64,000 bases of DNA from the NCBI GenBank assembly GCA_027045875.1, contig JALUAG010000052.1, positions 55,054 through 119,053 of the forward strand. The letters run 5' to 3'. The notes below the pieces were generated by a model. The model ran no database searches. It had not been told where the DNA came from and worked only from the letters and a program-made list of their open reading frames with translations. Each line of letters starts with the position of its first letter. The stretch's first letter is position 1. Of this stretch, positions 8,311-20,930 are shown one piece after another. The stretch comes from Alphaproteobacteria bacterium (GTDB lineage: Bacteria; Pseudomonadota; Alphaproteobacteria; Geminicoccales; Geminicoccaceae). The position numbers and the translations under genes were made by a program.

Positions 8311-9524
8311 CAGTCCGTCCGCCGCCGCAAGCGGTTGCGCGAGGGATGGCGGTCGGCGTCGCGGTAGCCGAGGGCGTCCTCGGCGATCAGGATGCGCTGC
8401 ACGTTCTCCGTGCCCTCGCCCACCGTCAGCATGTCCACATAGGCCCTGAGCTTGCGGACGGGATAGGCGTCGGCCAGGGCGTAGCCGCCGTGGACCTCGA
8501 ACAGGGCGGCGGCCGCCGTCTTCGCCGCCATGGTGGCGAAGTACTTGGCCCGGGCGGCGATCCGGTTGGCGGGAAGTCCGCGGTCCATGGCCCAGCCGAC
8601 GCGGTAGGCCATGAGACGGGCGGCATCGGCCATCACCACCGCGTCGGCGATCCGCTCCTGCACCATCTGGTAGCGGCCGATGGCGCGGCCGCCCACCTCC
8701 CGCTCGCGGGCGTAGGCGACGGCGAGGTCGCAACAGGCGCGGGCGAGCCCGGCGAGACGTGCCGACACCGTGAGCCGCCCGTATTCGAGCGCGTTGAGGG
8801 CGATCCTCAGGCCCTCGCCCTCGGCGCCGAGGCGATGTTCCACCGGCACCGGGAAATCGTCGAGGAACACCGCATTGGCGCGCAATGCCCAGGACAGGCC
8901 GCCCATGCGGATGCCGTCGGCGCGGAAACCGGGATGGCGCTTCGGTTCGACGATGAAGGCGGTGATCCCGTGGCCGGGGGCGTCGGGTACGCGGGCGAAG
9001 AGAATGCCCGCGTCCGCGGCATGGGCGAAGGTGATGAACATCTTGGAGCCGTCGAGGCGGTAGACCCCGCCCTCGCGGCGGGCGATGGTGCGGATGCTGC
9101 TCCTGGGATCGGAGCCGCCGCCCGCCTCGGTCAGCGCGAACATGCCGATGCGGCGGCCGGCGATCAGATCGGGGACGAAGGCGCGGATCTGGGCCTCCTC
9201 GCCCCAGTTGAAGATGGTGAAGGGGCAGGTCATGGCCTGCATGTTCATGCAGTAGCCGAGCTCGGGTGCCCGCCGCGACAGCTCCTCGGCGATCACCGAG
9301 ACGGCGAGAAAACCGAGGGCGCTGCCGCCGAGCTCCTCCGGGAAGGTGGCGCCGAAGAAGCCCGCCTCCCCCATGCGGCGGATCTCGGCATGGGGGAACG
9401 CGCCGCTCTCCTCGTAGCGGTCCGCGACCGGCAGCCAGACCTCCTCGACGAAGCGGCGCACGCTCTCCCGCACCGCCTCCAGTTCCCCGGGCAACGCGAA
9501 ATCCACGGTGGTCCTCCCCTGCAC
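8310..9524 (-). CDS. Acyl-CoA dehydrogenase family protein
   Basis: 404 aa with the typical ACAD layout and motifs (FALTEAGGGSD, a C-terminal helical domain ending TVGEGTENVQRILIA). Confidence 0.9.
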   Translation of the reverse strand: MQGRTTVDFALPGELEAVRESVRRFVEEVWLPVADRYEESGAFPHAEIRRMGEAGFFGATFPEELGGSALGFLAVSVIAEELSRRAPELGYCMNMQAMTCPFTIFNWGEEAQIRAFVPDLIAGRRIGMFALTEAGGGSDPRSSIRTIARREGGVYRLDGSKMFITFAHAADAGILFARVPDAPGHGITAFIVEPKRHPGFRADGIRMGGLSWALRANAVFLDDFPVPVEHRLGAEGEGLRIALNALEYGRLTVSARLAGLARACCDLAVAYAREREVGGRAIGRYQMVQERIADAVVMADAARLMAYRVGWAMDRGLPANRIAARAKYFATMAAKTAAAALFEVHGGYALADAYPVRKLRAYVDMLTVGEGTENVQRILIAEDALGYRDADRHPSRNRLRRRTD

Positions 9525-9583
9525 GACGAAACCATGCTAGGCCGCCCGGGCGTCCCTGTGGAGGGCGAACGGGGAGGGAAAGG

Positions 9584-10513
9584 ATGGGCGCCACCGCGCT
9601 GATCGGTCTCGACTGGGGCACGAGCGCCCTGCGCGCCTACCGGATCGACCGCGATGGCGCGATCCGGGAACAGCGCCGGGCCGACCTCGGCATCCTGCAC
9701 ATCGTCGACGGCGCCTTCGAGGAGGCGCTGGTGGCCACGATCGGCGACTGGCTGGCCGAGGCTCCCGACGTTCCGATGCTCGCCGCGGGGATGATCACCA
9801 GCCGGCAGGGCTGGCTGGAAACCCCCTATCTGCCCTGTCCGGCGGGCATCGATGCGCTGGCCGCGGCCCTGGTTCCCGGACGGCTGCGCTCGGGCCGCAC
9901 GATCCTGTTCGTCCGCGGGCTTTCGATCCGGGGCGCGGACGGCGTGCCGGACGTCATGCGGGGCGAGGAAACCCAGATCGCCGGCGCCCTCGCCGGCGGT
10001 GACGCGCCCCGCCTCCTGCTGCTGCCCGGCACCCACGCCAAATGGGTGCGCTGCGAGGGGGAGAGGATCACCGCCTTCGCCACCATGATGACCGGCGAGC
10101 TCTACGGGCTCCTGCGCCGGCACAGCATCCTCGGCCGGCTGATGGAGGGCGACGCGGAGGATGCCGCCGCCTTCGCACGCGGGGTAGGCCACGGCGCCAG
10201 CGAGGATCCTGCCGCGGGCGGGCTCTTGCACCGTCTCTTCGGCACCCGCAGCCTCGGCCTGTTCGGGGAAATTCCGCCCCCGGGTCTCGCCTCCTACCTC
10301 TCCGGGCTGCTGATCGGCAGCGAACTGCGCGAGGGCGGCCTGATGTACGGTGCCGGGGAGCCGGTGGGGCTCATCGGCGAGACGGCGCTCGTCGAGCGCT
10401 ATCGCACCGCCTTGGGCCTGCTCGGCCGCGCCTGCCGCATCCTGGCTCCCGATCTCGCCGCCTGCGGTCTGTTCGCGCTCGCCCGCCGGGCGGGGATCCT
10501 GGGCGGCGGATGA
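9584..10513 (+). CDS. dgoK: 2-dehydro-3-deoxygalactonokinase
   Basis: From ATG 9584: MGATALIGLDWGTSALRAY... (GLDWGTS actin-like ATPase motif), SRQGW, RGEETQ, LPGTHAKW, typical of DgoK. The track ORF's upstream extension is Arg/Pro-rich shadow. Confidence 0.8.
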   Translation: MGATALIGLDWGTSALRAYRIDRDGAIREQRRADLGILHIVDGAFEEALVATIGDWLAEAPDVPMLAAGMITSRQGWLETPYLPCPAGIDALAAALVPGRLRSGRTILFVRGLSIRGADGVPDVMRGEETQIAGALAGGDAPRLLLLPGTHAKWVRCEGERITAFATMMTGELYGLLRRHSILGRLMEGDAEDAAAFARGVGHGASEDPAAGGLLHRLFGTRSLGLFGEIPPPGLASYLSGLLIGSELREGGLMYGAGEPVGLIGETALVERYRTALGLLGRACRILAPDLAACGLFALARRAGILGGG

Positions 10514-10520
10514 GGAACCG

Positions 10521-13500
10521 CTATTCGGCGGGCGCGGTCTCGCCCGGGGCGAGCCGCCGTCTGCCGGGCTGCCAGCGTTCCTCGGTGACGAGCAGGATGG
10601 CCAGCAGCGGCGGTACAAGGAACAGCGTCAGCAGCGAGGACAGGGCGAGACCGCCCACCACCACCGAGCCGAGGCCGCGGTAGAGCTCGGAACCGGCACC
10701 GGGGAAGAGCACCAGCGGCAGCATGCCGAAGACGCTGGTCGCGGTGGTCATGAAGATGGGCCGCAGCCGGTCGCCGACCGCCGCCATGATGGCCGCCTCC
10801 GCCCCCAGGCCCTCGTGGCGGCGATAGGCGAGCGCCCGGTCCACCAGCAGGATGGCGTTGTTGACCACGATGCCGATCAGGATGACGAAGCCGAGCAGGG
10901 TCAGCATGTCGAGCGGCTGGAAGGTGAAGCGGTTGAGCAGCCACAGCCCGCCCACGCCACCGGCGGCCGCCAGCGGGACCGAGACCATCACCACCAGCGG
11001 ATAGAGGAAGCTCTCGAACAGCACCGCCATCACCAGAAAGACGATGATGGTGGCCAGCAGCAGGTCGAAGGCGAGGGCGTCGAAAGTCTGGCTGAGCTTG
11101 TCGGCGGTGCCGGCGAGATCGAGGGTCACCCCCGGCGGCAGCCCCCCGGCCTCGAGCGGCGCCACCACCTCCCGGCGCAACAGATCGAGCGCCGCCTCGA
11201 GGGGCAGGGTGGGGGCGGGACGGATCTCGAGGGTCACCGTACGGCGCCGTTCGATGTGGCGGATCTGGGTCGGACCGGCAGTGACCAGCACGCGGGCGAG
11301 ATCGCCCGCCCGCAGGATGGTGCCGCCCGGGGTCACGATCGGGGTGGCGGCGATGTCCTGGGTGCGGCCGGCGACCTCCCGCGGCCCCCGGAGCACGAGA
11401 TCGAACCGTTCGGCGCCGCTCGCGAGCTCGTCCACCCGCACCCCGTCGTTGAAGGCGTCGAGGGCGATGGCGAACTCCCGTGCCGAAAGCCCGACGTCGG
11501 CGAGCCGCACCCGGTCCGGCAGCAGGCGCACCTCCGGCGCACCGAGCTCGAGGCCGGGCTTGGGCCGGAGCTGGTTGCCCGCTTCCCGCGGCAGCACCCG
11601 CCCCACGAGCCCGGCGGCGCGCAGCGCCACCTCGAGGAGCTGCTCGATGTCCGGTCCCGAGATGTCGAGATCGATCGAGCGGCCGCCGCCGATGCCGCGA
11701 CCGAAGATGGAGGGCTGGGTGAGGAAACCGTAGGTTCCCGGCTCGCCGAAGATGGGGCGGCTGAGCACCGGTACGAGCTCGCCGGCCCGGGTCGGTTCCA
11801 CCGCGCTGGCGCCGAGGAACGCCGAGCCGCGCACGGCCACGAAGAAGAAGTTCTCGATCAGCGGCGGACCGTCCGGATCGCCGCTGGCGCCGGCGCTCGC
11901 CCAGAGGGGGCGCGATGCGGCCTCGATCCGCTCGGCGATGCCGGTCATGGTGTCGAGATTGTAGCCGGGCGGCGGCAGGATGATGCCGAACACGAGGTTG
12001 CGGTTGCCTTCCGGCAGATATTCGAGCTTCGGCAGGTAGCGCCAGGCGAAGCCGCCGGCCAGGAGCGTGATGCCGGCCACCAGCAGCAGGGCGAGCGCGC
12101 GGTTGCCCACCACCTGGCGGAGGAACGCCGTGAGCAGCCGGGCGAAGCCCCGGGCCGCGGAGTCGAGAAGGGGAATGCGCAGCCCGGGTCGTGCCCCCGC
12201 CTCGCCGCCGAGGAGCTGGCGCGAAAGGGCCGGGATGACGGTCATCGCGACGGCCAGCGAGAGCAGCACGGAGACCGAGATGGCGACGGCGATGTCGCGG
12301 AACAGCTGGCCCACTTCGAGCTGCATCACGAGAACGGGCACGAACACGAGCACGGTGGTGAGGGCCGACACCAGGATCGCGCCCCAGACCTGGCGCGCCC
12401 CTTCGAGGGCCGCCTGGAAGGGCGAGCGGCCCCGCTGGCGCAGGCGGTAGATGTTCTCCAGCACCACGATCGCGGCATCCACCACCATGCCGACGGCGAA
12501 GGCGATGCCGGCCAGCGAGATGACGTTGAGGGAACGGCCGGTGAAGGCCATCACCACGAAGGTGGCCACCACCGAGACCGGGATCGAGAGCACGATAACC
12601 GCGGTGGCGGCGAAGGAGCGCAGGAAGAGATAGAGGACGAGGGCGGCCAGGGTGCCGCCCACGTAGATGTTCTGCACCACGAGATCGATGGCGCTGTCGA
12701 TGTAGACGGTCTCGTCGTAGACTTGCCGCAGGCGTAGGCCGGCCGCCGGCAGCGGTCCCGCCTGCAGTTCGGCCACCGCCTCGCGGATCCCGGCCATGGT
12801 CTCGATGACGTTGGCGCCCGCCTCGCGGGTGGCGTTGAGGGCGAGCGCCGGTTCGCCGAGGAAGCGGATGCGGGCCACCGGTCGGCTGTAGTCGTAGCGC
12901 ACGGTGGCGATGTCGCCGACCCGGATGCGGGCGAGGCGGCCGGTCTCGGGATCGACGACGCTGCGCACCAGCACCGCCGCCACCTCCTCGGGCGCGTCGA
13001 GATCCCCCTCCACCCGCACGAGGTAACGCCGCTTGCCCTCCTCCACCGCCCCGGCGGTGAGGGCGATGTTGGCCTCGCGGAGCGCCCGCACCACGTCGCC
13101 CGCGGTGAGCCGGTAGAGGGCGAGGCGCTCGGGGGCGACGATCACCTGCAGCTCGCGCTCGCCGCCGCCGAACAGGTTGACCCGGGCGACACCCCGCACC
13201 CGCTCGAGGCGGGCCTTGACGACGTCCTCGAGGAAGTCCCCGAATTCGTGGATCGGGCGCCCGTTGCCCGGCTCGCGGGTGACGATGAACCAGGCGATGG
13301 CATTGTCCTCGTTGCCGGCCGTCGAGAGGCGCGGCTCGCCGGCCTCGTCGGGGTAGCCGCCGACCTGGTCGAGGCGGTTGGAGACCAGCAGCAGCGCCCG
13401 GTTCATGTCGGTGCCGATGCGGAACTCGAGGCTCACCTCGGCACGCCCGTCGTAGGCGGTGCTGGTCATCTTCTCCACACCCTCGAGACCCTTGAGGGCC

Positions 13501-13706
13501 TCCTCCTGGCGGGTGACGATCTCCCGCTCCACCTCCTCGGGGGCGGCGCCCGGCCAGTCGGTGCGGACGGTGATCACCGGCCGCCGCACGTCGGGCGCGA
13601 GCTGGATCGGGATCGTGCGCAGCGCCACCCAGCCCATGAGAAGGATCAGTGCCACCGCGGCGAGCACCGCGACCGGCCGCTCGAGCGCGAGGCGGATGAG
13701 GTTCAT
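10521..13706 (-). CDS. RND efflux transporter, inner-membrane permease (AcrB/HAE family)
   Basis: 1061 aa. The N-terminus MNLIRLALERPVAVLAAV...IPIQLAPD and the 12-TM/two-large-loop layout are typical of the ACR_tran family. Confidence 0.95.
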   Translation of the reverse strand: MNLIRLALERPVAVLAAVALILLMGWVALRTIPIQLAPDVRRPVITVRTDWPGAAPEEVEREIVTRQEEALKGLEGVEKMTSTAYDGRAEVSLEFRIGTDMNRALLLVSNRLDQVGGYPDEAGEPRLSTAGNEDNAIAWFIVTREPGNGRPIHEFGDFLEDVVKARLERVRGVARVNLFGGGERELQVIVAPERLALYRLTAGDVVRALREANIALTAGAVEEGKRRYLVRVEGDLDAPEEVAAVLVRSVVDPETGRLARIRVGDIATVRYDYSRPVARIRFLGEPALALNATREAGANVIETMAGIREAVAELQAGPLPAAGLRLRQVYDETVYIDSAIDLVVQNIYVGGTLAALVLYLFLRSFAATAVIVLSIPVSVVATFVVMAFTGRSLNVISLAGIAFAVGMVVDAAIVVLENIYRLRQRGRSPFQAALEGARQVWGAILVSALTTVLVFVPVLVMQLEVGQLFRDIAVAISVSVLLSLAVAMTVIPALSRQLLGGEAGARPGLRIPLLDSAARGFARLLTAFLRQVVGNRALALLLVAGITLLAGGFAWRYLPKLEYLPEGNRNLVFGIILPPPGYNLDTMTGIAERIEAASRPLWASAGASGDPDGPPLIENFFFVAVRGSAFLGASAVEPTRAGELVPVLSRPIFGEPGTYGFLTQPSIFGRGIGGGRSIDLDISGPDIEQLLEVALRAAGLVGRVLPREAGNQLRPKPGLELGAPEVRLLPDRVRLADVGLSAREFAIALDAFNDGVRVDELASGAERFDLVLRGPREVAGRTQDIAATPIVTPGGTILRAGDLARVLVTAGPTQIRHIERRRTVTLEIRPAPTLPLEAALDLLRREVVAPLEAGGLPPGVTLDLAGTADKLSQTFDALAFDLLLATIIVFLVMAVLFESFLYPLVVMVSVPLAAAGGVGGLWLLNRFTFQPLDMLTLLGFVILIGIVVNNAILLVDRALAYRRHEGLGAEAAIMAAVGDRLRPIFMTTATSVFGMLPLVLFPGAGSELYRGLGSVVVGGLALSSLLTLFLVPPLLAILLVTEERWQPGRRRLAPGETAPAE

Positions 13707-14815
13707 CCGCCGGCTCCCGGGGCCGCACCGGTCCCGGCGACGGTCACCCGCTGACCCGGCCGCAGCCGCTCGTTGCCGCGCACCACCACGAGGTCGCCCG
13801 GCGCGACCCCCTCCGTGACGACGAAACGGTCGCCCAGGGTGCCCGCGGTCTCCACGATCCGCCGCTCGACGACACCGTCGGTGACCACGAACACCGTCTG
13901 CCGGCCGCCGCTCACGGTCACCGCGTCCTTGGCCAGCGTCATCACCTCGCGGGTGCCGACCACGGGCACCTCGACCCGCACCGATTGGCCCACCGCGGTC
14001 ACCTGCGGCGGCGGCCCCTCGAGGAAGGCGAAGCGAACCGCACGGGTGCGGGTGAGGGGGTTCTCGACCGGCACCACGGCGCGCAGCAGCGCCCGCACCG
14101 GCGCGCCCTCGACGCGCAGCTCCACCTCGCTTCCGGGCGCCAGCGCGGCCAGCCGCTCGGCGGCGATGTCCGCCTCGATCTCGAGGTCGCCGTCGTCCAC
14201 CATCTCCACCACGGGTTCGCCCGCCTGCACGTATTTGCCCGGGCTCACCCGCTTTCGGGTCACGACGCCCGAATAAGGCGCACGGATGGTGGCATCGGCC
14301 AGATCGGCTTCACGGAACCGCAGCAGCACCCGCGCCCGTTCCCGCCGCGCGCGGGCGGCCTCGAGGCGGCTCGCGGCGATCTCCACCTCCTTGAGCTTGT
14401 CCTCGAAGCGGGCGCGGGAGAAGGCGGCGGAACCCTCGAGTCGCTGCAGTCGCAGCCGCTCCTGGTTGCGCAGCTCGAGCTTGCGCGAGGCCTCGGCCAC
14501 TTCCGATTCGGCCATCGCCAGCTCGGTGCGGGCGAGCTCCACCTCGAGGGCGAGCCGCACGGTGTCCAGAAGGACCACCGGCTGGCCCTCGCGCACCCGG
14601 TCGCCGACCCGCACCGGCACGCGCGCCACCGGCCCCGAAACGCGGCTCGCCACCTCGCCCTCGCGGCGGGCGACGATGCGGCCGAGCAGGGTCTCCGTGC
14701 GCCGCGGGGTCTCGAGGCGGACCGCATCGACCTGCACCCGCGGTGCCGGCTGGGCGGCGACCTCCGGGCCGGCCACCAGCAGGACGAACATCACCAAGAG
14801 CGGCCTCGATCGCAT
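13703..14815 (-). CDS. RND efflux periplasmic adaptor (membrane fusion protein)
   Basis: 370 aa with a signal/anchor sequence, a coiled-coil hairpin region and HlyD-like barrel motifs. Its stop overlaps the pump start (ATGA). Confidence 0.9.
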   Translation of the reverse strand: MRSRPLLVMFVLLVAGPEVAAQPAPRVQVDAVRLETPRRTETLLGRIVARREGEVASRVSGPVARVPVRVGDRVREGQPVVLLDTVRLALEVELARTELAMAESEVAEASRKLELRNQERLRLQRLEGSAAFSRARFEDKLKEVEIAASRLEAARARRERARVLLRFREADLADATIRAPYSGVVTRKRVSPGKYVQAGEPVVEMVDDGDLEIEADIAAERLAALAPGSEVELRVEGAPVRALLRAVVPVENPLTRTRAVRFAFLEGPPPQVTAVGQSVRVEVPVVGTREVMTLAKDAVTVSGGRQTVFVVTDGVVERRIVETAGTLGDRFVVTEGVAPGDLVVVRGNERLRPGQRVTVAGTGAAPGAGG

Positions 14816-14997
14816 GCGCCTTCCACCACCGCATCACGACGGCCCCTGCGGGGCCGCCACCACCGAGGAAACCTAGGCTTGCCACCCGCCTTTGTCGATG
14901 TCGCCGGTTCGGCGCGCCGTCTTAACGCTTTTTCAACCCTTCCCGTGCTGTCCTGCCGGGGACTGCGGGCGCCCGCCCGCGACACACGGTCCGGGGC

Positions 14998-15219
14998 ATG
15001 GCGGAAGAGGTCATTTTCGAGTTCCGCACGGTCGGCGACATCCTGCGGGTGACGGCGATCTCGAGCGAGACGCTGACCGAGGTGACGGTGGTGGCGCCCG
15101 TCAATGCGGCCCGCCACGATCTGATGCGCCTCGCCGAACGCAAGCTGCGCGCCGCCGATGCCCGCGCCGTGCGGAGAATCCGACGCCGCCGCGGACAGCC
15201 CCGCGGCCTTCTGGTCTGA
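14998..15219 (+). CDS. Small conserved hypothetical protein upstream of the liv operon
   Basis: 73 aa. MAEEVIFEFRTVGDILRVTAISSETLTEVTVVAP... resembles, from memory only, a small alphaproteobacterial family often found next to liv genes. Confidence 0.5.
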   Translation: MAEEVIFEFRTVGDILRVTAISSETLTEVTVVAPVNAARHDLMRLAERKLRAADARAVRRIRRRRGQPRGLLV

Positions 15220-15434
15220 ACGACGCCGTTCGCGGGCCGCCGCACCGGCCTCGGGCCGGCCACGCTCTTGCCTCCCGGCGTCGCCTGCTCTAAAGCGCGC
15301 CCCGGCAGCGGCCGGGCCGACCCCTGCGCGACCCTGTCCCGGCGCGGCGGCGACGCGCCGCCGGCACCACCCGGCCGAGACTTGAGGAGGGAAAGGGATT
15401 CCGCCATAAGCGGGCGGACGGAGGCACGACGCCC

Positions 15435-16349
15435 ATGTACTATTTTCTGCAGCAGCTCATCAACGGTCTGACGTTGGGGGCCATGTACGGGCTGATCGCC
15501 ATCGGCTACAGCATGGTCTACGGCATCATCGGCATGATCAATTTCGCCCACGGCGAGATATACATGATCGGTGCCTTCATTTCCATTATCAGTTTCCTTC
15601 TGCTCGGCGTTCTCGGCATCACCTGGGTGCCCCTCGCCCTGCTGATGGTGCTGATCCTGGCGATGATCTTCACCGCCACCTACGGATGGGCGGTGGAGCG
15701 TCTGGCCTACCGGCCGCTGCGGGGCTCCTTCCGGCTCGCGCCGCTGATCTCCGCCATCGGCATGTCCATCTTCCTGCAGAACTACGTGCAGATCCTGCAG
15801 GGCGCCAACGTCAAACCGCTGCCGCCGGTGATCACCGGCGGCTACGTGCTGGGTACCGAGGGCAACTTCACCGTCCAGATCAGCAACATCCAGATCATGA
15901 TCATGCTGCTCACGGTGGTGCTGATGGTGATCTTCTCGATCATCATCGCCAAGACCCCGCTGGGGCGTGCCCAGCGGGCCTGCGAGCAGGACCTCGGCAT
16001 GGCGGCGCTGTGCGGCGTCAACGTCGACCGCACCATCTCCCTGACCTTCGTCATGGGCGCGGCGCTGGCCGCGGTGGCCGGTCTGATGGCCACCCTCTAC
16101 TACGGGGTGATCGACTTCTTCATCGGCTTTCTCGCCGGCATCAAGGCCTTCACCGCTGCCGTGCTGGGCGGCATCGGCTCGATCCCGGGTGCTATGCTCG
16201 GGGGGCTCCTGCTCGGCCTCGTCGAGGCCTTCTGGTCGGGCTACTTCACCACCGAATACAAGGACGTGGCGGCCTTCAGCATCCTCGTCATCGTCCTCAT
16301 CTTCCTGCCCACCGGCCTTCTGGGCAAACCCGAAATCGAAAAGGTCTGA
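15435..16349 (+). CDS. livH: Branched-chain amino acid ABC transporter permease
   Basis: 304 aa. MYYFLQQLINGLTLGAMYGLIAIGYSMVYG is a classic LivH N-terminus. Confidence 0.95.
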   Translation: MYYFLQQLINGLTLGAMYGLIAIGYSMVYGIIGMINFAHGEIYMIGAFISIISFLLLGVLGITWVPLALLMVLILAMIFTATYGWAVERLAYRPLRGSFRLAPLISAIGMSIFLQNYVQILQGANVKPLPPVITGGYVLGTEGNFTVQISNIQIMIMLLTVVLMVIFSIIIAKTPLGRAQRACEQDLGMAALCGVNVDRTISLTFVMGAALAAVAGLMATLYYGVIDFFIGFLAGIKAFTAAVLGGIGSIPGAMLGGLLLGLVEAFWSGYFTTEYKDVAAFSILVIVLIFLPTGLLGKPEIEKV

Positions 16350-16353
16350 GCCC

Positions 16354-18517
<2,164 letters not shown>

Positions 18518-18518
<1 letters not shown>

Positions 18519-19228
18519 TGCTGGAACTGCACGGCGTCCACACCCACTACGGCCGCATCGAGGCCCTCAAGGGCGTCACCCTCGAGGTCCGTCGGGGCGA
18601 GATCGTCACCATCATCGGCGCCAACGGTGCCGGCAAGTCCACCCTGCTGATGACGGTGAGCGGGAACCCGCGGGCGAGCGCCGGACGGATCCTCTTCGAG
18701 GGCGAGGACATCACGGAGCTGCCGACCTACGAGATCGTGCGCCGGGGGATCAGCCAGGCGCCGGAGGGGCGACGCATCTTTCCGCGCATGACGGTGCTCG
18801 AGAACCTGCAGATGGGAGCGGTGCCCAACGGCGAACGCTATTTCGAGGAGGACGTGAAGAAGGTGTTCGCCCTCTTCCCGCGCCTCCAGGAACGGATGCA
18901 CCAACGCGGCGGCACCCTCTCGGGCGGCGAGCAGCAGATGCTGTGCATCGGTCGGGCACTGATGGCGCGGCCCAAGCTGCTGCTCCTCGACGAGCCCTCC
19001 CTCGGCCTCGCGCCGATGCTGGTGCAGCAGATCTTCCGGTCCATCGTCGAGATCAACCGCAGTCAGGGGCTCACCATCCTGCTGGTCGAACAGAACGCCT
19101 ATCAGGCGCTCCGGATCGCCCATCGCGGCTACGTGCTCGCCACCGGCAGCGTGGTCATGCAGGGAACCGGAAAGGAGCTCCTGGCGAGTCCCGAGGTCCG
19201 GGCCGCCTATCTCGAGGGCGGACACTGA
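18518..19228 (+). CDS. livF: Branched-chain amino acid ABC transporter ATP-binding protein
   Basis: Walker A GANGAGKST, signature LSGGEQQML, Walker B LLLLDEPSLGL. The ATG overlaps the livG stop (TGATG). Confidence 0.95.
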
Positions 19229-19234
19229 GGGAGG

Positions 19235-19588
19235 ATGGGTATGGACGAGCTGTTCGGCACCTCGCCCGCGGTGTTCCTCGGCCTCACCGTGGTGCTCGTC
19301 GGTGGCTGCTCGATCCTCGCCGGCCGCGCCATGGCCGCGAACTGGCGCGGCCCCTGGCACGTGGTCGGCGCCGCCTTCGGGCTGACTTTGGCCGACCGCT
19401 TCCTCGTCTATGCCCTGTTCGACGGCGAGCTCCTGAGCCCCACCGGTTTTCTCATCGATTTCCTGGTGCTGACGGTGCTCGGGCTCGTGAGCTTCCGCGT
19501 CACCCGGGTGGAGCGGATGGTGCGGCAATATCCGTGGAAATACCGCAAGCACTCGCCCTTCACCTATGTCGAGATCGGCCCCTCCTGA
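19235..19588 (+). CDS. Small integral membrane protein embedded in the liv operon
   Basis: 117 aa with three predicted hydrophobic helices, 6 nt after livF and before the binding-protein gene. Confidence 0.65.
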   Translation: MGMDELFGTSPAVFLGLTVVLVGGCSILAGRAMAANWRGPWHVVGAAFGLTLADRFLVYALFDGELLSPTGFLIDFLVLTVLGLVSFRVTRVERMVRQYPWKYRKHSPFTYVEIGPS

Positions 19589-19726
19589 GCCCGGGCGGGG
19601 CGACCGGGAAAGGGGTTGCACGGTGGGCCGCAGTCCTTAAACAGGAAGGCCGAATGGGCGGGGCGGTGAGCCATCGCGAAGCTCATTTGCGACCTTTGGA
19701 CCCGAGAACAACCAGGGAGTTGCACC

Positions 19727-20833
19727 ATGTACCGACGTACCGGCATGCTGCTCGGGGCGGCGGCCCTGTTGACCGCCGGCACCGGGATGGCGGCGGCGGA
19801 GACCCTGATCGCCACCGCCGGTCCGATGACGGGCCAGTACGCGGCCTTCGGCGAACAGATGAGGAGAGGCGCCGAAGCGGCGATCCGCGACATCAACGCC
19901 GCCGGTGGCACCCTCGGGGAACCGCTCGCGCTCGAGATCGGCGACGACGCCTGCGACCCGAAGCAGGCGGTGGCCGTCGCCAACCAGCTCGTCAACAAGG
20001 GCGTGACCTTCGTCGCCGGACACTTCTGCTCGAGCTCCTCGATTCCGGCCTCGGCGGTCTACGCCGAGGAAGGCGTGCTGATGATCTCGCCGGCCTCCAC
20101 CAACCCGAAGCTCACCGAACAGGGCTTCGACAACGTGCTGCGCGTATGCGGGCGTGACGATCAGCAGGGCCAGGTGGCGGCCAACTACGTGGTCGACAAC
20201 AAGGTCGGCAGCAAGATCGCCATCCTCCACGACAAGAGCGCCTACGGCAAGGGGCTGGCCGACGAGTTCAAGAAGCAGCTCAACAAGCGCGGCGTCCAGG
20301 AGGTGATGTACGAGGCCATCACTCAGGGCGACAAGGACTTCAGCGCCCTCATCACCAAGATGAAGGACCTCGGCGTCGACCTCATCTATCTCGGCGGCTA
20401 CCACACCGAGGCCGGTCTCATCGTGCGCCAGGCCCACGAGCAGGGTCTCAAGGCGCGGCTCATGTCGGGTGATGCGCTCGTCACCGACGAGTTCTGGCAG
20501 ATCACCGGCGAGACCGGTCAGGGCACCCTCATGACCTTCAGCCCCGATCCGCGCAAGAATCCGGCCGCGGCCGAGGTCGTCGAGCGCTTCCAGGAGGAGG
20601 GGTACGATCCCGAGGGCTACACCCTCTATACCTACGCCGCCATCCAGGTGTTCGATCAGGCCGCGGAAAAGGCCGGCTCCCTCGAGCTCGACGCCCTCGT
20701 CAAGGCCCTGCATGAGAACGAGTTCGACACCGTGCTGGGGAAGATCAGGTTCGACGAGAAGGGCGACGTCCTCGGATCGAACTACACGGTCTACATCTGG
20801 GACAACGGCAAGTACCGCGAAATCGAGGGCTGA
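19727..20833 (+). CDS. livJ: Branched-chain amino acid ABC transporter substrate-binding protein (LivJ/LivK family)
   Basis: 368 aa with a signal peptide. GPMTGQYAAFGEQ, DDACDPKQAV and GHFCSSSS are typical of the Leu/Ile/Val-binding family. Confidence 0.9.
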   Translation: MYRRTGMLLGAAALLTAGTGMAAAETLIATAGPMTGQYAAFGEQMRRGAEAAIRDINAAGGTLGEPLALEIGDDACDPKQAVAVANQLVNKGVTFVAGHFCSSSSIPASAVYAEEGVLMISPASTNPKLTEQGFDNVLRVCGRDDQQGQVAANYVVDNKVGSKIAILHDKSAYGKGLADEFKKQLNKRGVQEVMYEAITQGDKDFSALITKMKDLGVDLIYLGGYHTEAGLIVRQAHEQGLKARLMSGDALVTDEFWQITGETGQGTLMTFSPDPRKNPAAAEVVERFQEEGYDPEGYTLYTYAAIQVFDQAAEKAGSLELDALVKALHENEFDTVLGKIRFDEKGDVLGSNYTVYIWDNGKYREIEG

Positions 20834-20854
20834 CCGTCCTCGGGTTCCGGCGAG

Positions 20855-20887
20855 CGGGCCGGGCCTTCGGGCCCGGCCCGTCGTTCA
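20855..20887 (+). terminator. Rho-independent-like terminator after livJ
   Basis: CGGGCCGGGCC-TTCG-GGCCCGGCCCG (11-bp stem) followed by TCGTTCA. Confidence 0.6.
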
Positions 20888-20930
20888 CGGGCAGGGGCCG
20901 CTGCGCGGCCGGAAATCGACGGGAAAATCC

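Noticed and set aside
10350-12737. Long ORFs antisense to or out of frame with well-supported genes. Examples: 10350-12737 (+), 10399-13728 (-), 26657-29047 (+), 35642-38332 (-), 35683-38928 (+), 44263-46293 (+), 45408-49523 (+), 51771-55748 (+) and 16297-17640 (-).
   Set aside because: Their translations are Arg/Pro/Gly/Ala-dominated low-complexity strings with no recognisable motifs. They fully overlap genes with clear family signatures. Such stop-free shadow frames are expected in ~70% GC DNA.
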